DNA of 54,562 nucleotides from positions 1-54,562 of IMG/VR virus record IMGVR_UViG_2568526722_000002; one strand, given 5' to 3'. The notes under the pieces were generated by a model. The model was not told where the DNA came from. It searched no databases and worked only from the letters and a program-made list of their open reading frames with translations. This stretch comes from a virus (lineage: Duplodnaviria > Heunggongvirae > Uroviricota > Caudoviricetes). Both the position numbers and the translations under genes were made by a program. Below, one piece after another: positions 47,001-54,562 of this stretch (its first letter is position 1; every line of letters begins with the position of its first letter).

Positions 47001-47067
47001 TTAAGCCTGAAACTTACAATCACATTTCGCCTGGAGCTTGACATGATTTAAGTCTCAGGCTTAATAT
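47001..47067 (+). promoter_or_regulatory. OL/pL-like operator-promoter
   Basis: TTGACA (47038-47043), 17-bp spacer, TTAATA; spacer contains the operator TTAAGTCTCAGGCTTAA; half-site copies upstream (ATTAAGCCTGAAAC). Confidence 0.6.
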
Positions 47068-47318
47068 GCAATCACCAAGACGCACCACGAACCACCCAGG
47101 CATGGAGCCCACGAAGAAGCCGTCCGGGGCATACGAAGACCGGAATGAGGTGGTGAGATTAACGCGCAGTAGGTTTGAAACGTTCCGCCAGCCTGGCGAC
47201 AAGGGCAAAGCACAGAGTGAGCTTCGCGGTGGTGAATTGCAGAGTTAAAACGCTCAACCGTGAAGATCAGCGCCGCGGCACCACCAGCGAAGTTCACTCA
47301 GAAAAACTGGAGAACATC

Positions 47319-47525
47319 ATGGTTCATCAGCACTACGGTACACAGACAGTAAACCGCGGCGCAGTTCAGCCGGGGATGCTCGTCAAACACAAAGACTCAA
47401 CCTGGACGGCATCAGCTAACGCTCGCGGACGTTTGTATCTGCATCGCGGCGTAGAAATGACTTACACCAAGGATTTGCTGGTTGAAGTTTATCTGAACGG
47501 TCTGGGGCATGGACTCAGCCACTAG
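47319..47525 (+). CDS. hypothetical early-left-operon protein
   Basis: 68-aa internal start of track ORF 47175-47525; GGAGA before the ATG. Confidence 0.3.
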   Translation: MVHQHYGTQTVNRGAVQPGMLVKHKDSTWTASANARGRLYLHRGVEMTYTKDLLVEVYLNGLGHGLSH

Positions 47526-47536
47526 CGGAGGATGTC

Positions 47537-47698
47537 ATGTTAGACAAGAAATGCGGATATTGCGGCAAGCCGGTTAAAACGGAGGAAGTAATCAAGAGCA
47601 CCCTTCTCTATCGCAACGGCTCACAGCTGGCGCGCAAAGAAAAAGAGTATTGCTCCAAACGTTGCGCTTCGCACGACCAGATGGCTCACGAAGGCTAA
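47537..47698 (+). CDS. small zinc-ribbon protein (CxxC...C...C)
   Basis: 53-codon ORF not in the track; GGAGG 6 nt upstream of the ATG; encodes [14 protein letters not shown]...[12 protein letters not shown]. Confidence 0.4.
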   Translation: MLDKKCGYCGKPVKTEEVIKSTLLYRNGSQLARKEKEYCSKRCASHDQMAHEG

Positions 47699-47703
47699 CG
47701 GTG

Positions 47704-48207
47704 ATGAATATGCGAGAAAAATTATCACTGGCACGACTGAAGGAATTGCTCAGCTACTCGCCTGAAACAGGAGCATTCACATGGCTCAAAAATCGCGGAC
47801 GGATAACCGCAGGTGATTTTGCTGGAAATTTAGATACGCGCGGCTATGTACGAATCATCATCGATGGAAAGAAATACAGAGCACACCGCTTGGCCTGGCT
47901 TTATACACACGGAAAATGGCCTTAAGACCAGATTGACCATGTGAATGGAAATTGCTCTGACAACAGGCTGGAGAATCTCCGCGAGGCTACTTGCTCACAG
48001 AATAACTTCAATAAACCGCTTCAGAAAAATAATACGAGCGGAGTGAAAGGAGTTTATTGGCACAAAGGGAAACAACGCTGGACAGCCATGTGCCGAGTTA
48101 ATGGCAAAAGATTCACGGTAGGAACTTTTATTGAATTAGAAAAGGCTGCGGAAGCAATACGCGACTTCCGCAAAGCGAATCATGGTTCATTTGCCAGGAA
48201 TTCATAA
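47704..48207 (+). pseudogene. HNH-AP2 homing-type endonuclease gene interrupted by a single in-frame TAA
   Basis: Track ORFs 47650-47925 and 47941-48207 share one frame; TAA at 47923-47925 falls between ..[14 protein letters not shown] and DQIDHVNGNCSDNRLENL (catalytic HNH motif); AP2-like domain follows. Confidence 0.65.
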
Positions 48208-48338
48208 CCCAGCGCAATGCTGAAAGGCTCCGGTGGTACCGACCAAAGTTACACCGGAAACAACATTAAAACCAAAGTTAACCCAATGGGCGCTATCAAT
48301 GGTCCGGGGATTCTAACACCCAAAAATGAGGATCTCAC

Positions 48339-51300
48339 ATGGAATTCTTTAATGTGGTTAAAGCCACTCAGAAATCCGGAAAGCAAGATGCAGTGGTCTG
48401 GTTCACTGCTAAAACCGAGGCTCGCGCCAATCTGATGCTGGATGTTGCGCTGGAAGATGCAGGTATCGAAACAGGTCGGGGTAAGGACTACGCCAAACCG
48501 ATTCGCACTGATTTCCCAGTTGTCGACGGCCTGCCGAAAGAAGGTGAAGTTGATTTTACCTGGTGTGATCGCTACGAGCTTCAGGACGATGGGCGCACCT
48601 GGCTGCCAAAAGCCGCTGGTGTGTCTACTGGTTCCGTTGACGCCCCCTACACACCTACTCCGACCGTAATCGTTGAAGATGCGACTGCGTCCGAAATTGT
48701 CCCGGTTGAAAACCGTACTCCAGCGGTCCGCTTTGCCGTCCATCTGATGAACGATAAATACCAAACCCACGTCACTAAAGAGCAGCAGTTGGCTGCCAGC
48801 GAAATGTCACTGGATGAAGGCAATACATATCTCCATAGCCTGCTTGTGGCAAGGAACGATGTGCCCGCGACCGCCAAACTCAGCCTGAATGCTGAGTGGA
48901 AAATGATTCGGGCGGTTAAGGACATTTTCACACCAGACGAAGAGCACGAACCAAGATTGATCGCTGCATTCATGTCTGACTGGGTGAACACCGATGCCGG
49001 TGACCGCAATCAACTGGTAGAAGACTGGCGCAGTGGTAAGTTGCAGTTGCTCAAAACTGAAACCAGCAACGCTGCTGACGTTACAACGGGTCAAGATCTC
49101 ACTGTTGAGGACGGTATCCAGACCGACGAGAACGGCCGGGCAGAAGGTGGCGTCGTTGATGGTGAAGTCGATACCGAAGAGCAATCCCAGCAGACACAGC
49201 AACCGAACCTGATCGTTGTTGCCACCCTGCCATTCCGCCAGCGCGTACTGGCTCAGTTCATCGGTGATGGTGAATATCTCTATCACATCGACGCAGGGCA
49301 GAAAAATGAGATTGTCCGCCTTGAGATGGACACCGATGACGCGTACGTCCAGAACCTGCTGCTGGCAGCTGAGAATGTGGAAGCATTCAAAAAAGCCATT
49401 GAGCACGATATTCATAAAGTCGTGAATGCCGTTAAGAAAGTCTTCCCTGTCGATGGAAAAATCCCTGAACTCGCAACCTTAATCCAGTTTTTGAAATTGT
49501 GGTTCGCTACAGATCACATCGACCGCGGTATCTTCGTTCGCGAATGGGCCGCCGGTAATCGCATCAGTAGTGTGCAGCGTACTGATTCCGGCACTAATGC
49601 CGACGGCGGTTACGTCACTGACCGTGGACCTGACGCACACCACACACTGGACACTCTCGATTTAGAGATTGCGTGTGCCCTTCTGCCTATGGACTTCAAC
49701 CACTTCGAGATCCCGGGCAGCATTCTTCGTCGCGCTAAAGAAATCGTGACCAAAAAAGAAGAACCATGGAAATCATGGAGCAACATCCTGCGCAATCAGC
49801 CAGGCGTTCTGGGTGTTAACCGCACGGCTATTTTTAACCTGGTACGTATCGCACCGGAAAATATTCATTTAACTCCTGTCGCTCACCTGGAATTTGTTAA
49901 CCAGACCATGACAGCCGCGTTCAATTCCGCGGTCGAGTTATTGCCGTTGCATGAGGCTGAACCCGCAGCACAGGAAATTCCCCAACCTGAAGGTAAGGAG
50001 TCTCCGCGCAAATCCTTCTGCACTCACGAAGAGAACCTGCAACGCGTGCGTGAAGAAGGAGCACGCCGCCGCGCAGAGGAAGCGGCAGCACAACCGCAGA
50101 AAGTCGAACAAGAACTGGTTAAAAATGTCGGCAACGGAATATTCGACGTTACGGCTTTGCTGCAGAACTCAGCAACTCATGGCACGAAAAAGGCTACGGA
50201 GACCACCAGCAATGTGCAGGTTCAAGAAACTGTCAGTGATGAAAAACAAGCTGGTGATGAAGTACAGCCAGGCGAAAGCAGTCTGGAGTCTGGTGAAGAG
50301 TCAGATACCAGCCAGAAGGACGATGTAAACCAGAATACGGATTCTGTCGCCAAAAATAGCGATTCTGTAAGCCAAACCGAACCAGTTGCAGCACAAACCG
50401 AGCCAGAAGCGCAATCTGACGAACCGGCTGTTGTTTATCCCGCTTATTTCGAGCCAGGCCGCTATGAAGGGCTGCCAAACGAGGTTTACCACGCCGCCAA
50501 CGGCATCAGCTCAACCCAGGTGAAAGATGCGCGCGTTTCGCTGATGTACTTCAATGCGCGCCACGTAGAGAAAACCATCGTCAAAGAGCGCTCAGCGGTG
50601 CTGGACATGGGCAACTTGGTGCATGCGCTGGCGTTGCAGCCTGAACTACTGGACGCAGAATTCAGCGTTGAACCGGTGATCCCTGAAGGCGCATTCACAA
50701 CGGCCGCGACCCTGCGCGCCTTTATCGATGAGCACAATGCCAGCCTGCCGGCGCTGCTGTCTGCCGACGACATCAAGGTGTTACTGGAAGAGTACAACGC
50801 CACCCTGCCGCCGCAGGTTCCGCTTGGCGCTAACCTGGAAGAAACGGCACAGAACTATATGGCGCTGCCAGCTGACTTCCAGCGTATTGATGGTGACCAG
50901 AAGCAGACGGCGACGGCAATGAAGGCATGCATTAAAGAGTACAACGCCACCCTGCCGCCGCCGGTTAAAACCAGCGGCAGCCGTGACGCGCTGCTGGAGC
51001 AGTTGGCAATCATCAACCCTGACCTTGTGGCTCAGGAAGCACAGAAACCGGCACCACTGAAAGTGTCCGGTACCAAAGCAGACATGATCCAGGCCGTGAA
51101 GGCAGTCAAACCAGATGCCGTATTTGCCGACGAACTGCTGGATGCCTGGCGCGATAACCCGGAAGGAAAAGTGCTGGTCACCCGCCAGCAGCTGAGCACC
51201 GCGCTGAATATTCAAAAAGCGCTTCTGGCACACCCGACCGCCGGCATGCTGCTGACCCACCCTAGCCGAGCCGTTGAGGTGAGCTACTTTGGTTTTGACG

Positions 51301-51728
51301 AGGAGACGGGCTTGGAAGTTCGTGTGCGCCCTGACCTTGAGATCGACCTGGATGGCGTGCGTATAGGTGCAGACCTGAAAACCATCAGCATGTGGAATGT
51401 TAAGCAGGAAAGCCTGCGCGCCAGGCTACACCGGGAAATTATTGAACGTGATTATCACCTGAGCGCGGCTATGTACTGCGAAACCGCAGCGCTGGATCAG
51501 TTCTTCTGGATTTTCGTCAACAAAGACGAGAACTACCACTGGATCGCCATCATCGAGGCATCCGCTGAACTACTGGAGCTGGGTATGCTCGAGTACCGCA
51601 AAGCGATGCGCAATATCGCAACCGGATTCGACACAGGTGAATGGCCAGCGCCAATCACTGCTGACTACACCGACGAACTGAACGACTTCGACCTGCGCCG
51701 CCTTGAAGCGCTGCGTACTCAGGCATAA
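48339..51728 (+). CDS. recE: RecE-like exonuclease (exonuclease VIII family) with long N-terminal and acidic linker regions
   Basis: 1129 aa; C-terminal ~250 aa looks like a PD-(D/E)xK-type nuclease domain; directly followed by a RecT-like gene. Confidence 0.55.
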   Translation: MEFFNVVKATQKSGKQDAVVWFTAKTEARANLMLDVALEDAGIETGRGKDYAKPIRTDFPVVDGLPKEGEVDFTWCDRYELQDDGRTWLPKAAGVSTGSVDAPYTPTPTVIVEDATASEIVPVENRTPAVRFAVHLMNDKYQTHVTKEQQLAASEMSLDEGNTYLHSLLVARNDVPATAKLSLNAEWKMIRAVKDIFTPDEEHEPRLIAAFMSDWVNTDAGDRNQLVEDWRSGKLQLLKTETSNAADVTTGQDLTVEDGIQTDENGRAEGGVVDGEVDTEEQSQQTQQPNLIVVATLPFRQRVLAQFIGDGEYLYHIDAGQKNEIVRLEMDTDDAYVQNLLLAAENVEAFKKAIEHDIHKVVNAVKKVFPVDGKIPELATLIQFLKLWFATDHIDRGIFVREWAAGNRISSVQRTDSGTNADGGYVTDRGPDAHHTLDTLDLEIACALLPMDFNHFEIPGSILRRAKEIVTKKEEPWKSWSNILRNQPGVLGVNRTAIFNLVRIAPENIHLTPVAHLEFVNQTMTAAFNSAVELLPLHEAEPAAQEIPQPEGKESPRKSFCTHEENLQRVREEGARRRAEEAAAQPQKVEQELVKNVGNGIFDVTALLQNSATHGTKKATETTSNVQVQETVSDEKQAGDEVQPGESSLESGEESDTSQKDDVNQNTDSVAKNSDSVSQTEPVAAQTEPEAQSDEPAVVYPAYFEPGRYEGLPNEVYHAANGISSTQVKDARVSLMYFNARHVEKTIVKERSAVLDMGNLVHALALQPELLDAEFSVEPVIPEGAFTTAATLRAFIDEHNASLPALLSADDIKVLLEEYNATLPPQVPLGANLEETAQNYMALPADFQRIDGDQKQTATAMKACIKEYNATLPPPVKTSGSRDALLEQLAIINPDLVAQEAQKPAPLKVSGTKADMIQAVKAVKPDAVFADELLDAWRDNPEGKVLVTRQQLSTALNIQKALLAHPTAGMLLTHPSRAVEVSYFGFDEETGLEVRVRPDLEIDLDGVRIGADLKTISMWNVKQESLRARLHREIIERDYHLSAAMYCETAALDQFFWIFVNKDENYHWIAIIEASAELLELGMLEYRKAMRNIATGFDTGEWPAPITADYTDELNDFDLRRLEALRTQA

Positions 51729-51733
51729 GGGGA

Positions 51734-52852
51734 ATGATGATGGAAAACACGAATATCGTAACCGCTGAACAGCAGACTCCAAACACGATCTCAGCCAGCA
51801 ATGCCATTTTCAACGTGCAGGCTTTAACCCAGCTTCAGTCTGTCGCCGGGTTGATGGCACAGGCAGCCGTAACGGTGCCTGAGCACCTCCGCGGCAATCC
51901 GGCAGACTGCATGGCCATCATCATGCAGGCGATGCAGTGGGGTATGAACCCTTACGCCGTGGCGCAAAAGACGCACCTGGTTAACGGTGTCCTGGGATAC
52001 GAAGCGCAACTGGTTAATGCGGTGATCTCCAGCTCAAACGCCATCGTTGGCCGCTTTCACTATGAGTACGAGGGCGACTGGTCGAAATGTGCCAGCAGCC
52101 GCGAGATAACCGTTAAAAAGCCTGCGAAAGGTGGCGGGACGTACGACAAGAAAGAAATGGTACGCGGTTGGGAAAGTGCTGATGAACAAGGACTGTCGGT
52201 ACGGGTAGGTGCCGTTATTCGCGGTGAAAGTGATATCACCTGGGGAGAGCCTGTTTTCCTCTCCAGCGTAATCACACGTAATTCTCCACTTTGGGTATCA
52301 AACCCGAAACAGCAGATCGCTTATCTGGCACTCAAATACTGGGCGCGCCTGTATTGCCCTGCAGTTGTTCTTGGTGTGTACACCCCTGATGAGATTGAAC
52401 AGCGCACAGAAAAAGAGATCAACCCAACGCCGCAACGCGTTAGCCTGGCTGATATCTCAGGTGACACCGTCACAACCACGCAAAGCGCACAGGAATCGTC
52501 GGTAAATGTCGACTCTCTTGCCGATGATTTCCGCGAACGCATCGAATCTGCTCAGGACGTGGATAGCGCCAAATCGCTGCGTGCCGACATTGAAACGGCG
52601 AAAGCTACGCTGGGATCCGCACTATTCACCGAGCTGAAAAACAAAGCCGTAAAGCGTTATTACCTAGTGGATGCACGCAACAAGGTTGAGGAGGCTATTA
52701 AATCCCTGCCCCAGCCCGACGAGCCGCATGCAGCCGAACGGTTCGCTGAAGCCGAGCGCATGCTTGCATCTTCAAAGCGTCACTTAGGCGATGAACTGCA
52801 CGATCAATTCAGCATCACCCTGGCGGATATGAAACCGGAATACGTGGCCTGA
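51734..52852 (+). CDS. recT: ssDNA-annealing recombinase (RecT/Red-beta-like)
   Basis: 372 aa; position after the exonuclease gene; PLWVSNPKQQIAYLALKYWARLY resembles the conserved RecT segment. Confidence 0.5.
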   Translation: MMMENTNIVTAEQQTPNTISASNAIFNVQALTQLQSVAGLMAQAAVTVPEHLRGNPADCMAIIMQAMQWGMNPYAVAQKTHLVNGVLGYEAQLVNAVISSSNAIVGRFHYEYEGDWSKCASSREITVKKPAKGGGTYDKKEMVRGWESADEQGLSVRVGAVIRGESDITWGEPVFLSSVITRNSPLWVSNPKQQIAYLALKYWARLYCPAVVLGVYTPDEIEQRTEKEINPTPQRVSLADISGDTVTTTQSAQESSVNVDSLADDFRERIESAQDVDSAKSLRADIETAKATLGSALFTELKNKAVKRYYLVDARNKVEEAIKSLPQPDEPHAAERFAEAERMLASSKRHLGDELHDQFSITLADMKPEYVA

Positions 52853-52890
52853 CGAGACCGGGAGGGGTAACCCTCCCTCAAGGAGATTAT

Positions 52891-53133
52891 ATGCGACTGA
52901 TCAATCGAGGAAGTAAGCAATCACCTTTAGCTCGCCAAGCATGCGACATCGCGCTGGCAGCTCACTTGCAAACATATGGCGACTATGGGCGAAGCAAGAT
53001 GAAAGAGACTTATACGGTGAAGGTTGAAGGCGTGAAAGTCTGGGTGGAGGTGGTGAACCGAAAGGCGAGCTACGTGGCCACAGCGATGACCGGCATGCGC
53101 CGTCTCCGCTCCCTGCCCGGGCAGGTTGGTTGA
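52891..53133 (+). CDS. hypothetical protein
   Basis: 80-aa ORF between the recT-like and xis-like genes. Confidence 0.35.
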   Translation: MRLINRGSKQSPLARQACDIALAAHLQTYGDYGRSKMKETYTVKVEGVKVWVEVVNRKASYVATAMTGMRRLRSLPGQVG

Positions 53134-53372
53134 AAAAGATTTTGAATGGCCCGAACGGGCAACTGGAGAGAGCTATGGATGATATTTTGGTAACGTCAGA
53201 CCTGACCAGTCGCTACAAAATTTCACGCAAAACCCTTTGGTCATGGCAAAGTGCAGACACAATGCCTCGGGGCTTCGTATGCCCGTTCCCACCCCCTGAC
53301 TGGCCCGGCAACCCTAACCGCTGGCGCTCTGAGTCAATCAAAGAGTGGGAGGATAAAAAGAAGATAAATTAA
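53130..53372 (+). CDS. excisionase / AlpA-family HTH protein
   Basis: [24 protein letters not shown]...PRGF...[11 protein letters not shown] fits the AlpA/Xis pattern; true start may be the internal Met (about 53175). Confidence 0.6.
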
Positions 53373-54562
53373 CTGAAGGGCTCTCCGATGATCTCTTCAA
53401 GATGGCTCTGCCAAACGCGGAGCCAGTGTTTCTGATCATCGATATAGTCATGAAGGTTGTAATGCGCCATAACCCCCACCATCTGATGCCCGAGCAGCTT
53501 TTCAATTACGTGCGGCGGGCAACCTAACTCAGAGAGATTTGTGGCTATCGTCCGCCTCATATCATGAAGCGACCACTCTGCCATACCTGTTCCATTCCAA
53601 ATAGAACGGGCGTAATTGGATGCCACAGGTGAATGAACGGGCGAATCTTTGATCCCGCCATCAATTTTACGTTGTGAAGTCACCAGGTGATTGGTGTTTA
53701 TTTTCTTGAGGTGATTTCTGACCAGGTTAACGGCGGCGTCTGAGAGTCCCCTTCTAATATGTACCCGAGTTTTATAACTGCCCGCAGGCACGACCCACTC
53801 ATTATCATCCAATCGAAACCATGATCTCTCACTAAGTCGAATCTCAGCCGTACGGCATCCGGTAAGCATAATAAATTTCACCAGGAAAACGGACTCTATC
53901 GACATATGGCTTTTCAACCACTGATAGATTTTGCGCAGATCGTCATCGTCCATCCTGCGAGTTCTCTTTTTAGGCTTTTGCCCGACATCAGATGGCAGTA
54001 ATCCCTCGAGTGGGTTTGAGGCGATCACACTTCTGTTAACGCAGAACCTAAACGCCCGTTTGCACAGCGAAAGCATGTAATGAGCCATCACCCTGCTTTC
54101 TATAGAATCGAAGACGTTGATCCAGTGCATTTTCGCTGTGTTATCGACTTTGACATTCTTCATCGGTTCGGCGATATGTTTCTCAAACACCTGGCGATAG
54201 TAATCGACTTTAACTAGCCCGTTAGCGATACAGTGCCTTTCAATCCAGTAATTGAACGCTTCGGCAACGGACATCGCTTCCTGTCGGGTCTGCTTATCCA
54301 GCTTCACCTGCTCTCGCGGATCCAGTCCCTCAGTTAACCAGTTTCTGAATTGTTGGCGACGCTCTCTTGCCTGGGTGATACTCATTGCAGGATAATCACC
54401 AACATTGAGTTTTACCGCTTTACCGGCCCAGCGATACCGATAGAAAAATGATATTTTTCCGGCCTGGCTGATTCTGGCGTTGAGCCCGTGCGAATCAGAA
54501 ATAATCTCGATATCATCTCTTTTCTTGCCGAGCGCCTTCCTGAGCTTTGTGTCGGTGATCAT
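53369..54562 (-). CDS. int: tyrosine integrase (P4-type)
   Basis: 397 aa; N-terminal [10 protein letters not shown]...[20 protein letters not shown] and C-terminal catalytic R...HDMRRT...LLGH...Y residues; ATG is the last three bases of the window. Confidence 0.9.

Larger units (their letters stand above)
12320..54562. mobile_element. lambdoid prophage with Mu-type tail and lambda-type head; right end at or beyond the window edge
   Basis: Contiguous tail, head, lysis, nin, replication, immunity, recombination and integration modules in canonical order; left boundary uncertain. Confidence 0.85.

Noticed and set aside
47066-47248. 60-aa ORF starting at 47066 as a possible N-like antiterminator
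   Set aside because: Its ATG lies inside the pL-like -10 element, so it would not be on the transcript; the N-terminus is not a convincing arginine-rich motif and I found no clear boxA/boxB nut site.

Overview
The window holds two compositionally distinct mobile-DNA segments joined by a short junction of gene remnants. All calls are from reading the sequence and ORF translations by eye; no searches were run, so family assignments rest on recalled motifs and gene order. (1) Positions 1-9600 are AT-rich and phage-like: a lambda gpH-type tape measure gene, an HNH endonuclease, a small serine recombinase with a res-like site array, a 1.9-kb non-coding stretch full of repeats, and two copies of a ~100-bp structured element. 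(2) Positions 9700-12300 are a junction: a YciI-family gene, a Hin/Gin/Pin-type DNA invertase, 3'/5' fragments of two apparent host genes, and a LexA-box-controlled umuD-like remnant. (3) Positions 12300-54562 are a largely intact lambdoid prophage on the minus strand for the late genes: Mu-type contractile tail and baseplate, lambda-type head (Nu1/A/W/B/C/D/E order), a cosB-like repeat block, lysis cassette, Q-like gene, nin region, O/P replication genes with ori iterons, and a cro/cI immunity region. Rightward from a pL-like promoter lie an HNH endonuclease split by one in-frame TAA, recE/recT-like genes, an excisionase and a P4-type integrase at the window edge. The strongest candidate for something undescribed is a low-GC cassette at the rexAB-equivalent position, directly downstream of the repressor gene: a 434-aa protein whose N-terminus looks like a proteasome/HslV-type Ntn-hydrolase (Thr after Met, Asp at +17), followed by an unlisted 34-codon ORF and terminators. 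Other morons are an HTH plus acyltransferase-3 pair inside the tail-fibre region and a tailspike with a C-terminal SGNH esterase domain.
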